Source: Buchnera aphidicola (Nurudea yanoniella)
GTDB taxonomy: Bacteria > Pseudomonadota > Gammaproteobacteria > Enterobacterales > Enterobacteriaceae
Assembly: GCA_039829995.1 (NCBI GenBank)
Contig: CP140036.1
Location: 290,239-354,238, forward strand
DNA: 64,000 nt
Direction of reading: 5' to 3'
The notes beneath the pieces are model-generated. The model made no database searches and had not been told where the DNA came from. It was given only the letters and a program-made list of their open reading frames with translations. Shown in pieces: positions 1 through 10,775 of this stretch. A program made the translations under genes and the position numbers. Position 1 is the first letter of the stretch, and each line of letters opens with the position of its first letter.

Positions 1-676
1 GTACGATTCTTTGTATTTGTATTGGATTAGAAATTCCAAATCCTTGTATTAAAGGTGTAATAGTTAATTTCTTAAATTGATTTATTAATTTTTTAGAAGG
101 TAATGAGATTCTTTTATTTATTCCAGTTACTCCTGGCCTAGATAATAAATAAATATATCCTGAACTATAATAAGAAATTTTTTCAATTATATTTTTTTTA
201 GCATCAGGAGGACATATAAATACTGTTGATATATTATTATTATAAGCACATTTTCTAAAATCTAATGATTCTTCAATAGGAAGATCTGCTATTAATACTG
301 AATCTATACCAATTTTAAAACATTCTAAATAGAATTTATTAATACCAAATTTAAATATTAAATTTGCATATAATAATAATCCGATAGGAATAATTTCGTT
401 TTTTTTTCGAATTATTTTTAATATTTCAAAACATTTATGAACTGTAATTCCAGAGTGGAAAGCTCTCAAATTAGCCTTTTGTACAATTTTCCCATCTGCT
501 AAAGGATCGGAAAAAGGAATTCCTAATTCTAGTCCATCAGCTCCATGTTCTATTAAAATATCAATAATTTTTAGCGACATGTTTTCGGATGGATCACCTA
601 ATACTACAAACGGAATGAAACACCCTTTTTTAAAGGGGATTAACTGTTTAAATAAACTTTTATAACGATCTATCAT
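1..676 (-). CDS. trpA: tryptophan synthase alpha chain, partial (C-terminus lies beyond the left edge)
   Basis: The minus-strand frame is open from ATG at 676 to position 1. Its translation [62 protein letters not shown] aligns with the E. coli TrpA N-terminus (MERYESLFAQL...[14 protein letters not shown]). The start overlaps the trpB stop by 17 nt. It is missing from the ORF track only because it has no stop in the window. Confidence 0.92.
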   Translation of the reverse strand, partial: MIDRYKSLFKQLIPFKKGCFIPFVVLGDPSENMSLKIIDILIEHGADGLELGIPFSDPLADGKIVQKANLRAFHSGITVHKCFEILKIIRKKNEIIPIGLLLYANLIFKFGINKFYLECFKIGIDSVLIADLPIEESLDFRKCAYNNNISTVFICPPDAKKNIIEKISYYSSGYIYLLSRPGVTGINKRISLPSKKLINQFKKLTITPLIQGFGISNPIQIQRIV

Positions 677-1865
677 ATATGTTTACTCTATTTTTTAAAA
701 ATTTTTTAACAGTATCCATATCTTTGTCACCTCTTCCTGAAATATTTACAATAAATATTTGATGTTTATTAGGGTTATTGTTCATCAATGTAATGGCATA
801 AGCTAATGCATGAGAAGATTCTAACGCCGGAATTATTCCTTCTGATTGACTCAAACGTTGAAATGCATGTACTGCTTCTTCATCAGTAACTGACACATAT
901 GTAGCGCGTTTAATACTATTTAACCATGCATGTTCTGGTCCTACTGCTGGAAAATCTAATCCTGCAGAAATAGACCATGATTTTTTAATCTGCCCTTCTT
1001 TTGTTTGCATGATTTTTGTTTTCATTCCAAAAAAAATTCCTGTATTTCCGCATGTTAAAGGAGCTCCATGTTTTTCAGTATTAATTCCCTTACCTCCAGG
1101 TTCTACTCCAATAAGAGCAACTGAGTTATTTTCAATAAAAGAAGAAAATATCCCAATAGCGTTTGATCCACCTCCAATACATGCAATAATAGCATTAGGT
1201 AAACATTTTTCCCGGTCAAGAATTTGTTCTTTTGCTTCTTTTCCAATAATACTTTGAAATTCTTTAACAATAGTAGGATATGGATGAGGACCAGCAGCAG
1301 TACCTAACATATAATGAGCACAAGTATAATTTTCAGACCAATCACGTAAAGCTTCGTTACATGCATCTTTTAAAGTTCCCGTCCCTGAGTGTACTGGAAT
1401 TACTTGTGCACCCATTAATTTCATGCGAAAAACATTTTGTTTCTGTCGCTTTATATCTTTTATTCCCATATAAATACGGCATTTTAAATTTAATAAAGCG
1501 CAAGATAGGGCAGTGGCAACTCCATGTTGACCAGCTCCTGTTTCTGCAATAATTTCTTTTTTTTTCATATTTTTTGCTAATAAAGCTTGTCCTAATACTT
1601 GATTTGTTTTATGTGCTCCACCATGTAATAAATCTTCACGTTTAAGATAAATACGTGTATTCGTTCCTTTTGTTAAATTTCTACATAATGTTAATGGTGT
1701 AGGTCTTCCTGCATAATTTTTTAAAAGATTATATAACTCTTTCTTAAATTTATGACTTTTTAAACAAATAACAAATTCTTTTTCTAACTCATATAAAGCA
1801 GGCATTAAAATTTGTGGAACGTACATTCCACCAAAATCACCAAAATATGAACTTAATAAAGTCAT
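660..1865 (-). CDS. trpB: tryptophan synthase beta chain
   Basis: 401-aa ORF with TrpB PLP-enzyme motifs [17 protein letters not shown] and GGGSNAIG. It lies between trpC and trpA. Confidence 0.97.
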   Translation of the reverse strand: MTLLSSYFGDFGGMYVPQILMPALYELEKEFVICLKSHKFKKELYNLLKNYAGRPTPLTLCRNLTKGTNTRIYLKREDLLHGGAHKTNQVLGQALLAKNMKKKEIIAETGAGQHGVATALSCALLNLKCRIYMGIKDIKRQKQNVFRMKLMGAQVIPVHSGTGTLKDACNEALRDWSENYTCAHYMLGTAAGPHPYPTIVKEFQSIIGKEAKEQILDREKCLPNAIIACIGGGSNAIGIFSSFIENNSVALIGVEPGGKGINTEKHGAPLTCGNTGIFFGMKTKIMQTKEGQIKKSWSISAGLDFPAVGPEHAWLNSIKRATYVSVTDEEAVHAFQRLSQSEGIIPALESSHALAYAITLMNNNPNKHQIFIVNISGRGDKDMDTVKKFLKNRVNIYDRSL

Positions 1866-1887
1866 TTTAATAATGAGTTCCTAATTT

Positions 1888-3276
1888 TTAAAATTTAGTT
1901 TGAGGAATTATTGTATGTTGTCTTAAAGAACGAAATAATAATTTTATTTTACTTTTATCTTTTATTCCAGGGGAAATTTCTAATCCAGAATTAAAATCAA
2001 GTCCAAAACAACCTATTTGTGATGCTAAAATACAATTATAAATATTCAGTCCTCCAGCTAAAAAAATATCTTTTAAATTTTTATTTTTTAGTAAAGACCA
2101 ATTAAATGGTGTTGTTTGAATACTTTTTACATTATCACAAACATATTTATTTATGTTTTTAAAAGAAAATTTTTTATCAACATGAATTTTTGTCCAAGGA
2201 ATTGCTTTCCAAATTTTTATACTTGGGGATATTTTTTTCTTTAAACTATTAATATATTTTTGATTTTCATTTCCATGTAATTGAATGGCATAAAATTGAA
2301 TTTTTTTTATTATATTTATAATCACTTCTATGTTTTCATCACAAAACACTCCTATATATTTTATATGTACGAAATGACTTATATTTGTAGCTACATCAGG
2401 ATCGATATATCTTGGAGATGATTTACAAAAAATGAAACCTGCATATATTGCTCCATATTTTTTTGATATCTTGAGGTCTTTTAAGTTGGTTAGTCCACAA
2501 ATTTTATTACGTCCTATTATTATTTTTCGAATAGTATTTTCCAAATTTGAACTTTTCATTAAAGATGATCCAATTAGAAATCCATGTACTATAGATTGTA
2601 ATTTTCTTATTTGATGATAATTCGTTATTCCAGATTCGCTAATAGAAATTATATTTTTTGGAATTTTAGATGCTAATTTACATGTATTTGTAATTGAAAT
2701 AGAAAAATCACTTAAATTTCGATTATTAATTCCAATAATATATGCATTTAAATCAATAGCTCGGTTCAATTCTTCTTGATTTTTAATCTCAGTCAATACA
2801 TTCATTTTTAAAGAAATTGCTAGATTTCTAAGAAAATTATATTGAAAATCAGTTAAGATAGACAATATTAATAATATAGCATCAGCTTGATAATATCTTG
2901 CTAGATAAATTTGATACGGATCGATAAAAAAATCTTTGCATAAAATAGGTTGATGTATAGCTATGTTTTTAATAATAGGTATAAATTCAAATTTTCCATT
3001 AAAATATTTTTCATCTGTCAAGACTGATATAGCAGAAGCATATTTTTTATATATGTTAGCTACAAATTCTGGATGGAAGTTATTAAGTTCTCCTAAAGAA
3101 GGTGATTTTTTTTTGAATTCAAATATAAAAGCAGGATGATTTTTTTTTAATGCTTCATAAAAATTTCGATTTGACTGCGTTATATTATGTTGAAAAGAAG
3201 ATAATGGCATGGTTTTTTTTTTATACTTTATCCAATCTAATTTGTCTGATATTATTTGTTTCAATATATTTTTCAA
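1888..3276 (-). CDS. trpC: bifunctional indole-3-glycerol-phosphate synthase / phosphoribosylanthranilate isomerase
   Basis: 462-aa ORF. The N-terminal half has IGPS motifs (SAISVLTDEKYF, LCKDFFIDPYQIYLARYYQADAILL) and the C-terminal half has PRAI motifs (KICGLT, AIQLHGNE), collinear with E. coli TrpC(F). TTG start at 3276 with GAGAGGG about 8 nt upstream. Confidence 0.95.
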   Translation of the reverse strand: MKNILKQIISDKLDWIKYKKKTMPLSSFQHNITQSNRNFYEALKKNHPAFIFEFKKKSPSLGELNNFHPEFVANIYKKYASAISVLTDEKYFNGKFEFIPIIKNIAIHQPILCKDFFIDPYQIYLARYYQADAILLILSILTDFQYNFLRNLAISLKMNVLTEIKNQEELNRAIDLNAYIIGINNRNLSDFSISITNTCKLASKIPKNIISISESGITNYHQIRKLQSIVHGFLIGSSLMKSSNLENTIRKIIIGRNKICGLTNLKDLKISKKYGAIYAGFIFCKSSPRYIDPDVATNISHFVHIKYIGVFCDENIEVIINIIKKIQFYAIQLHGNENQKYINSLKKKISPSIKIWKAIPWTKIHVDKKFSFKNINKYVCDNVKSIQTTPFNWSLLKNKNLKDIFLAGGLNIYNCILASQIGCFGLDFNSGLEISPGIKDKSKIKLLFRSLRQHTIIPQTKF

Positions 3277-3290
3277 AATAACAACCCTCT

Positions 3291-4298
3291 CTAAAATTTA
3301 GAAAGATTAGAAATAGTTTCATATACTTTTCCACTATGAATAACTTCTAACGCATATTTTGTATTTTTTTTTAAATTTTTATTTCCAAATAATTTAAGCA
3401 ACATAGCTACATTAACAGCTATAGTTTCTGCGACTGCTATAGGGCCTTTTCCTTGGAACACATTTTTTATTATTTCGTAATTTTCTTTTGGTGTTCCTCC
3501 GATAATAGTATTTTTATTGTGATATTTTACTCCAAAATCATCTGGACATAGTGTATATGAGATAATTTTAGAATTATACAATTCAACAACATTTGTAAAA
3601 CTATGCAAAGTAACTTCATCTGTATAATTACTACATACTATCATTGCATGAATAGTATTTAATTTTTTCAGTATATTTGCTATAGGGATCATAAGTTTAT
3701 AATCATATACACCTATAATAGATAAAGGTGGTCGGGATGGATTTAGTAAAGGACCAAGTATATTAAATAATGTTTTAATTTTTAAAATTTTACGTACTAA
3801 CATAATATTTTTGAAACTGATATGATATTGAGGAGCAAATAAAAAACAAATATTTAGTTTATCTAACATTTCTTTCGATTTATGTTCTGATATATTTATG
3901 TTAATATCGAATTCTTTTAATAAGTCATATGAACCAGATTTACTAGATATATGAGTATTGCAATGTTTTATAACCTTCAATCCACATGTTGCACCAACAA
4001 AAGAGCTAGCAGTAGATATATTTATAGTATTACTTAAATCTCCTCCAGTTCCTACGATATCAGAAAATATATAATTTGGTTTAGAAAATGGTTTCATATG
4101 CTCCAAAAAAGCACGTGTAGCTCCTATTATTTCATCTTCAGATTCATTCTTAATTTTTAAAGCTATTAAAATTGCAGATAACTGTATGTTATTAACTTTT
4201 CCCATGATTATAGAATTGAATACTTTATATGCTTCTATTTCAGTTAGTTTTTTACCTTTGTAAATTTTATTTAGTAAAATTTGCATTTTATGTCTCAT
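3291..4298 (-). CDS. trpD: anthranilate phosphoribosyltransferase (no fused TrpG domain)
   Basis: The ORF is open to 4349, but the first 17 codons (MLTIFYFKKLKKYIFFI) look like AT-rich read-through. The conserved part starts at MRHKMQILLNKIYKG. Motifs DIVGTGGD and NILGPLLNP are present. The start is uncertain (4298, 4286 or 4349). Confidence 0.9.
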   Translation of the reverse strand: MRHKMQILLNKIYKGKKLTEIEAYKVFNSIIMGKVNNIQLSAILIALKIKNESEDEIIGATRAFLEHMKPFSKPNYIFSDIVGTGGDLSNTINISTASSFVGATCGLKVIKHCNTHISSKSGSYDLLKEFDININISEHKSKEMLDKLNICFLFAPQYHISFKNIMLVRKILKIKTLFNILGPLLNPSRPPLSIIGVYDYKLMIPIANILKKLNTIHAMIVCSNYTDEVTLHSFTNVVELYNSKIISYTLCPDDFGVKYHNKNTIIGGTPKENYEIIKNVFQGKGPIAVAETIAVNVAMLLKLFGNKNLKKNTKYALEVIHSGKVYETISNLSKF

Positions 4299-4560
4299 AA
4301 TAAAAAATATATATTTTTTAAGTTTTTTAAAATAAAAAATAGTTAACAATTAACTTTTTTATATATATGTTTTGTTAATTATATATTAATTATGATTTTG
4401 GTTAAATTAATCTAATTTTTATTTGGTTACAAATATTTATACGTTAATTAGTTATTTTAATATATGGAAATATAAACTTTTAAACATTTTTTATCGTTTA
4501 AACGATATTTGTTTCTTAAACATGTAAAGATTATATTAAATATATCAGGAAATAATAATA

Positions 4561-5442
4561 ATGAAAAAGACAATTATAATATCTCTTTTTATAATGGTTT
4601 CACTAACTTGGAGCACTACTTTTATAGCTATGAAAATTGCTATAAATACTATTCCTCCTTTATTTGTAACAGGTATGAGATTTTTGTTAGCATCATTTTT
4701 ATTAATATATTTATGTTATTACACTAACACTACATTATTTTTTCCAAAAGGAAAAAATAACTTTCAAATAATTATATGTATATTTTATTTTTCTATTCCT
4801 TTTTCACTAATGTTATATGGAAGTAATTATATTAGTTCTATCATTGCATCTGTTATATTTTCCAATATGCCAATAATGATATTATCTTTTTCATTTTTGT
4901 TTTTTAAAAAAAAAATGTATTTTTTACAGCGTATAGGATTAATATTATCTATTTTTATTTTGTCAATAATTTTGTTAAAAGAAATACAATTAGGTAATAA
5001 AAACACTATAGACGGAATAATAGCATTAATATTAGCCATGATTTGTCATTCAACAATATATTTGTATGCTAAAAAAAAATATTTTGACATATCTATATTA
5101 ACTTTTAATGCTCTTCCTTCGTTTTTTTCTGGTATTGCTTTGCTATTAACATCAAATATAATTGAAAAACCTATTTTAAGTAATTTTTCTATCATGTCTA
5201 TTTTAGCAGTTTTATATTTAAGCTACTTTTCAGGAGTTTTTGGTATTTTGTCATATTTTTATTTACAAAAAAAATTGAGTTCTTTTCATGCTTCTATTGT
5301 TTTTTTTATCTTTCCATTAATAACTATAATTTTAGAAAAGTTTTTTTATGGAAATATTATAAAAATAGATCAATTTAAATTGATAATAATTTTAATGAGT
5401 AGTATATTTTTAACTCTAATTCCTCTTAATTATAAAAAATAA
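4561..5442 (+). CDS. yedA: EamA/DMT-family inner-membrane transporter (YedA-like)
   Basis: 293-aa polytopic membrane ORF. N-terminus WSTTFIAMKIAINTIPPLFVTGMRFLLASFLLI aligns with E. coli YedA WGSTYFVIRIGVESWPPLMMAGVRFLAAGILLL. AGGAAA lies 11 nt upstream of the ATG. Confidence 0.8.
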   Translation: MKKTIIISLFIMVSLTWSTTFIAMKIAINTIPPLFVTGMRFLLASFLLIYLCYYTNTTLFFPKGKNNFQIIICIFYFSIPFSLMLYGSNYISSIIASVIFSNMPIMILSFSFLFFKKKMYFLQRIGLILSIFILSIILLKEIQLGNKNTIDGIIALILAMICHSTIYLYAKKKYFDISILTFNALPSFFSGIALLLTSNIIEKPILSNFSIMSILAVLYLSYFSGVFGILSYFYLQKKLSSFHASIVFFIFPLITIILEKFFYGNIIKIDQFKLIIILMSSIFLTLIPLNYKK

Positions 5443-5848
5443 AAATATTTTTAGTAAATAACTTTTAAATAATGTTGTAGATATTTATTTAATAATAGAA
5501 TATTATATATCATGGGAACTTTACATTTTATAAAAAATATGTGTATTTTATACATATCAATCAATCAAATGCAATTTTTCGAAATATATTATTAAATTAA
5601 TTTTATAGAAATAAAAATATTTAAAAATTTTAATTATTTTTTTATCCTAATTACAAACTATTTATAGTGTATAGTGTAAATAACTTAAAAGGAAAATAAT
5701 TTATATAATTTAAACAAACTAGTACATATAATTTAAAAATTTACATATTAAAACAAAATTACTAGTTTTTTATAATTAAAATTATAAATTTTTAAAATAT
5801 ATTTGTTTTAAAAATATTAATTTAATAAAAATTTAATAGGATATCTTT

Positions 5849-6904
5849 ATGTATTTTATTTCAAATTATATTTTGTTTCTTCTTAAAATATTGACTATTT
5901 TTATACTTTTTTTTCTCATCATATTTTTATTAATTAGCACAATGCGAAAAAAAAATAAAAATAGAGATAAATTAAATGTAATATCATTGAATAATTACTA
6001 TAAATCAATGAAAAATGAAATATTTTTTGCTAAACTCTCAAAGAACGAAAAAAAAATATGGGATAAAAATAAAAAAAACAATAAAAAAAACAAATTTAGA
6101 AATTTTTTTAAATTTATTAAAATTATTAAAACTATTAAAACTATTAAAAATAATAATTCTTATGAGAAAAAATCTACGTTATATGTATTAGATTTTAAAG
6201 GTGGTATCCAGGCAGTAGAATTAGAATCATTACGTCAAGAAATATCTGCAATTATTTTAGCCTTTAAAAAAGGTGATGAAGTTTTATTACGTTTAGAAAG
6301 TGGCGGTGGAGTAGTACACGGATATGGATTAGCGGCCGAACAGTTAAATAGACTTCGGAAAAGAAGTATATATTTAACTATTTCTGTTGATAAAATTGCA
6401 GCTAGTGGAGGCTATATGATGGCTTGTGTTGCAAATAAAATTATAGGTGCTCCATTTTCTATTATTGGGTCAATTGGAGTTGCTGCTCAAATACCTAATT
6501 TTTATAAATTTCTAGAAAAAAATAATATTGATATAGAATCACATACAGCTGGAGAATATAAAAGAACATTAACCGTATTTGGAAAAAATACAGCTGAGGC
6601 TCGTGAAAAATTTCGTTTAGAATTAAGTGATATTCATAATTTGTTTAAAGAATTTGTTTGTAATATGCGACCTTCATTAAATGTTAAAGAAGTATTTAAT
6701 GGAAAATATTGGTTTGGATCTATAGCATTAAAAAAAGGATTAATAGATAAAATTAATACAAGCGATGATTTCATTATTTCTAAAATGGAAAATTTTACTA
6801 TATTAAATCTTAAATATATGACTAAAAAGCCCATTTTAAAGTCTTTAATTGTGAAAATACAAAAAAATATTAAAAATATAATATTTAAAATATTAAAAAT
6901 ATAA
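5849..6904 (+). CDS. sohB: S49-family inner-membrane peptidase SohB
   Basis: 351 aa with an N-terminal TM helix. Collinear with E. coli SohB (VLDFKG, LRLESGGGVVHGYGLAAEQL, KIAASGGYMMACVANKI with the Ser nucleophile, SHTAGEYKRTLT). Confidence 0.92.
   Translation: MYFISNYILFLLKILTIFILFFLIIFLLISTMRKKNKNRDKLNVISLNNYYKSMKNEIFFAKLSKNEKKIWDKNKKNNKKNKFRNFFKFIKIIKTIKTIKNNNSYEKKSTLYVLDFKGGIQAVELESLRQEISAIILAFKKGDEVLLRLESGGGVVHGYGLAAEQLNRLRKRSIYLTISVDKIAASGGYMMACVANKIIGAPFSIIGSIGVAAQIPNFYKFLEKNNIDIESHTAGEYKRTLTVFGKNTAEAREKFRLELSDIHNLFKEFVCNMRPSLNVKEVFNGKYWFGSIALKKGLIDKINTSDDFIISKMENFTILNLKYMTKKPILKSLIVKIQKNIKNIIFKILKI
6116..6151 (+). repeat. in-frame tandem 9-bp repeat (4 copies, 2 identical) inside sohB
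   Basis: The sequence att aaa att / att aaa act / att aaa act / att aaa aat encodes IKI-IKT-IKT-IKN in the Lys-rich linker of SohB. Confidence 0.7.
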
Positions 6905-7360
6905 ATTTATTGTATATTCATTCGTAAAAATGGTATTCTTAAGTTTTCTTAAATTTAAAATTTTTATGAAATAACATATATTGATAATGATATAAAATTT
7001 ATTATATACAGTATATTATAGAAAATTTTATATTTCATAGTTTATTTTTAAATTTATTAATTTTACTATAAATGTAGTTTATTCAGTATAATGTAAAATT
7101 ATGTTTAAATAATTTATTATTTAAAGTTATTTCTTTATACTTTTAAAAATTTTTTTCGAAATATTAATAGATAGCTATAGTAATATTTTATTTTAATTAA
7201 AATTTTATATTATACTTTTGAGTATACTATTAATACAGAAAAAGTATTATTTTTTTAAACATGTATAAGCTTGTTATATAAAAGATTAACGTACAAAATA
7301 TACAATCTCTAATGTTTGTAAATTTCAAAAAATAATTTTATTCCATAAAATTATTGTTAT

Positions 7361-8152
7361 CTAATGATTTTTTCGCATTTTTGTAAGAATTATTCTCATT
7401 AGCTTGGCATTTCCTATCAAAGTAGCCGATCCTAATTTAAAATCATTATTTTCTTCATATAAATCGCTAATTAATCCTCCAGCTTCTTTTACTTGCAAAG
7501 ATCCTGCTGCTATTATAAAAGGATTTATGTTAAAATTAAATAAAAAGTCTAATCGTCCAATTGCTACGTAACTATAATCTAAATTTAAACATCCTGTAGA
7601 ACGCAATTTAATATTTTTTAGTGAAAACATATTAAAAATTTCTAAAAAATTTTTATCAATATTATGTTTTTTGTGGGAAAATATTATTCCAATTAAACTA
7701 TTTTCTAAGACATTAATATTGTTACATCTCATTCTATATCCATTCAATTGCGCGCCTTGGCCTTTAACAGCAGTAAATAATTCATTTCTAAGAGGATCGT
7801 ATACAACCGATATTTCAGTAATGTTCCTTATTGTAATAGCAATGGAAATACAAAAATGTGGTAAATTTCTTTTAAAATTATTAATTCCATCTAATGCATT
7901 TATTAACCATATTGTTTTCGGTCCTTTTGTATCTTTTACATATTTTCTTGTTTTTGTAATGATTGTATGTTCAGGATAAGATTTATGAATAATCTCAATC
8001 ATCAATCTTTCTGAAATTTCTATGATTTTTATAATTACATCCCTTTTTTCTTCTTGTGTTTCATTATTTATTTTCTGATTATCGTAATTTTGAACTAGTA
8101 TATGTCCGCCTTTTCTGGCAGCACGAATTGCAATATTGAGAATAGGATGCAT
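7361..8152 (-). CDS. suhB: inositol-1-monophosphatase family protein SuhB
   Basis: 263 aa. N-terminus MHPILNIAIRAARKGG aligns with E. coli MHPMLNIAVRAARKAG. The IMPase motif WLINALDGINNF is present. Confidence 0.94.
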   Translation of the reverse strand: MHPILNIAIRAARKGGHILVQNYDNQKINNETQEEKRDVIIKIIEISERLMIEIIHKSYPEHTIITKTRKYVKDTKGPKTIWLINALDGINNFKRNLPHFCISIAITIRNITEISVVYDPLRNELFTAVKGQGAQLNGYRMRCNNINVLENSLIGIIFSHKKHNIDKNFLEIFNMFSLKNIKLRSTGCLNLDYSYVAIGRLDFLFNFNINPFIIAAGSLQVKEAGGLISDLYEENNDFKLGSATLIGNAKLMRIILTKMRKNH

Positions 8153-8331
8153 GATTTTCTTATTTTAAATAAAAAATTAATTATATAATGAAATAATAAT
8201 TTTGTCTGTCTATATTCTGTTTTTGTGTATTAATTATATTTTAAAATAAATAATTTTATATTATCATTTTGTAAATTTAATTGTTTTAAAAATATAATTT
8301 GAAAGATACAATACTATTTAGGATCCACAAA

Positions 8332-9441
8332 ATGAAACAATATTTAGATATATATAAAAGTACTAATTTTAAAATTAATTTATTAAATTTTGATCTAAAA
8401 AAAATGTGTAGTTTTTTTTCGTCTATAGGAGAAAAAGAATTTTGTGCAGTTCAAGTAATGCAATGGATTTATAAATATTATTGCAATGATTTTGAAAAAA
8501 TGTCTAATATCAGCAATAATTTAAAAAAAAAATTATCAAAAATGTGTTGTATTTCTCCTCCGAATTTTTCAAATCAAATTATTTCAAGTGATGGAACAAT
8601 AAAATGGTGTGTTGCTATTGATGATAAATTTGTAGAAACTGTTTACATACCTCACACCCATCGTATAACTTTATGTATTTCTTCGCAATCAGGTTGTTCT
8701 TTATCTTGCAAATTTTGTTCTACTGGAAGACAAAAATTTAATAGAAATCTTACAACTTCAGAAATAATAGGACAAATTTGGTATATAGGTAAACTAATAT
8801 ATAGAAATAAATTAAAAAATTTAAAAAAAATTACTAACATAGTTATGATGGGGATGGGAGAACCTTTACTAAATTTAAATAATGTTGTGAGATCATTAAA
8901 TATTATTACTAATAATATAGGATTTAATTTTTCAAAAAACCGTGTAACAGTATCAACATCAGGAATAGTCCCTGCTTTAAAGAAACTCAAAAATATGATC
9001 GATATATCATTAGCTGTTTCTTTACACGCGTCAAATGATATAATTCGCAATAAATTAATGCCGATAAATAAAAAATACAATATTAAAACTTTACTAGATT
9101 CAGTAAAATCGTATCTCTTAAAATCACGATCTAATAAAGGGCGAGTGACTATAGAGTATGTTATGTTAAATAATATAAATGATAAATTATGTCATGCAAA
9201 AGAACTAGCTAGATTATTGAGATTTATTCCTAGTAAAATTAATTTAATTCCTTGGAATGTTTTTCCTAATAGTTGTTTTGAACCTAGTAACAGTACTATT
9301 ATAAAAAATTTTTCTGATATTTTAATTAGAAAAGGATTTATTACTACTATTAGAAAACCTAGAGGAAATGATATTAATGCAGCTTGTGGTCAATTAACAG
9401 GGAACACTAATCTTATAAAAATTATTAATAAAGTGAATTGA
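8332..9441 (+). CDS. rlmN: 23S rRNA/tRNA m2A radical-SAM methyltransferase RlmN
   Basis: The ORF-track start at 8299 is a TTG; the ATG at 8332 (MKQYLDIYKSTNFKINLL) fits the E. coli RlmN alignment. Radical-SAM cluster GCSLSCKFCSTG and motifs MGMGEPLLN and AACGQL are present. Confidence 0.93.
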   Translation: MKQYLDIYKSTNFKINLLNFDLKKMCSFFSSIGEKEFCAVQVMQWIYKYYCNDFEKMSNISNNLKKKLSKMCCISPPNFSNQIISSDGTIKWCVAIDDKFVETVYIPHTHRITLCISSQSGCSLSCKFCSTGRQKFNRNLTTSEIIGQIWYIGKLIYRNKLKNLKKITNIVMMGMGEPLLNLNNVVRSLNIITNNIGFNFSKNRVTVSTSGIVPALKKLKNMIDISLAVSLHASNDIIRNKLMPINKKYNIKTLLDSVKSYLLKSRSNKGRVTIEYVMLNNINDKLCHAKELARLLRFIPSKINLIPWNVFPNSCFEPSNSTIIKNFSDILIRKGFITTIRKPRGNDINAACGQLTGNTNLIKIINKVN

Positions 9442-9575
9442 AAAATAAAATTTTAGAGAGAATGATCTATACAAACTATTCTTAAAATGAAAATTTTATG
9501 TTCGTTTTAAAATCATATTTTTAAAAATTTATATAAAAATTTTTAAATAATTTTTTATAAAAAGAGACAGACTTA

Positions 9576-10670
9576 ATGAAACTTAATACACTTATTAAAA
9601 GACGAAAATCAAATAAAATTTATGTTGGAAATATCCCTATTGGAGACAATTCATTCGTTTCTGTTCAAACGATGACAAATACTGAAACAACTAATATTGA
9701 TTCTACAATAAAACAAATTTTACAATTAAAAAAAGTTGGGGCAGATATTATCCGAGTTTCTGTTCCTACTATGGAAGCTGCAGAAGCTTTTAAAAAAATT
9801 AAAGATCAAGTAGATATTCCACTTATTGCAGATATACATTTCAATTATAAAATAGCAATAAAAGTATTAGACAATGGAGCAGATGGCTTAAGAATTAATC
9901 CCGGAAATATCGGAAATAAAAATAAAATTAGACAAGTCATAAATTGTGCAAAATATAATAAAATACCAATTAGAATTGGAATTAATTCGGGATCTCTTGA
10001 AAGAGATATATTAAAAAAATATACATTTCCAACTGCCGAAGCATTGTTGGAATCAGCTATGAGGCATATAAACTATTTAGATAGTTTTAATTTCGATCAA
10101 TTTAAAGTAAGCATAAAATCTTCTGATATATATATCGCTGTTCAAGCTTATAGACTATTAGCAAAAAAAATTAATCAACCACTACACATAGGAATTACTG
10201 AATCTGGGGGATTTAGAAATGGTACAGTAAAATCATCTATTGGAATTGGATTGCTTTTATTGGATGGTATTGGCGATACAATTAGAGTTTCATTAGCGGA
10301 AAATCCAGTAGAAGAAGTAAAAGTAGGATTTGATATTCTTAGATCTTTACATATTCGTTTTAAAGGTATTAATTTTATTGCTTGTCCAACTTGTTCTCGC
10401 CAAGAATTTGATGTTATTAATACAGTAAAAATACTTGAAAAACGATTAGAAGATATTAAAGTACCAATGAATGTATCGATTATTGGATGTATTGTTAATG
10501 GATTGGGAGAAGCTCTTACATCTACTATAGGATTAACTGGATATAGAAAAAGTAGTGTATTATATGAAAATGGAATTCGTCAGTTAAAACGAATTGAAAA
10601 TGGTAAAATTATTGATGAATTAGAAAAAACAATTCGAGATAAATCAAAAAAATTACTACTTTTAGTATAA
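9576..10670 (+). CDS. ispG: 4-hydroxy-3-methylbut-2-enyl diphosphate synthase
   Basis: 364 aa. [28 protein letters not shown] aligns with the E. coli IspG N-terminus. Cys ligands ACPTCSR and GCIVNG are present. Confidence 0.96.
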   Translation: MKLNTLIKRRKSNKIYVGNIPIGDNSFVSVQTMTNTETTNIDSTIKQILQLKKVGADIIRVSVPTMEAAEAFKKIKDQVDIPLIADIHFNYKIAIKVLDNGADGLRINPGNIGNKNKIRQVINCAKYNKIPIRIGINSGSLERDILKKYTFPTAEALLESAMRHINYLDSFNFDQFKVSIKSSDIYIAVQAYRLLAKKINQPLHIGITESGGFRNGTVKSSIGIGLLLLDGIGDTIRVSLAENPVEEVKVGFDILRSLHIRFKGINFIACPTCSRQEFDVINTVKILEKRLEDIKVPMNVSIIGCIVNGLGEALTSTIGLTGYRKSSVLYENGIRQLKRIENGKIIDELEKTIRDKSKKLLLLV

Positions 10671-10775
10671 TTTATATATAGAAATATATTTAAATTTTAA
10701 AATATTATATATATGTGTGTATATACATTAATGAATTAATCTTGAAATACTTTAATTTTTTAAAAAGGTAAATAG

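Noticed and set aside
4334-4360. AAAAA-t-AGTTAA-caa-TTAACT-TTTTT terminator-like hairpin 35-60 nt upstream of the trpD start, considered as an attenuator relic.
   Set aside because: The stem contains a single G-C pair, no leader peptide with Trp codons exists, and such A/T-flanked weak hairpins are common in this composition.
5716-5768. Inverted 9-mers AAACTAGTA ... TACTAGTTT, 35 nt apart, resembling the two half-sites of the E. coli TrpR operator (GTACTAGTT/AACTAGTAC).
   Set aside because: The half-sites are in the wrong order and spacing. They lie between yedA and sohB rather than at a trp promoter, and Buchnera is not known to encode TrpR. A 9-bp match is within chance expectation.
8652-9080. 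142-aa antisense ORF inside rlmN. Similar shadow ORFs lie at 1009-1257, 1280-1552, 2432-2614, 7671-7979, 16802-17053, 25654-25947, 29721-29930, 32597-32966, 33697-34068, 39575-39832, 54205-54531 and 57204-57461.
   Set aside because: All lie opposite well-conserved genes, have no recognisable family similarity and no Shine-Dalgarno sequence. They are the usual antisense open frames of strongly codon-biased genes.
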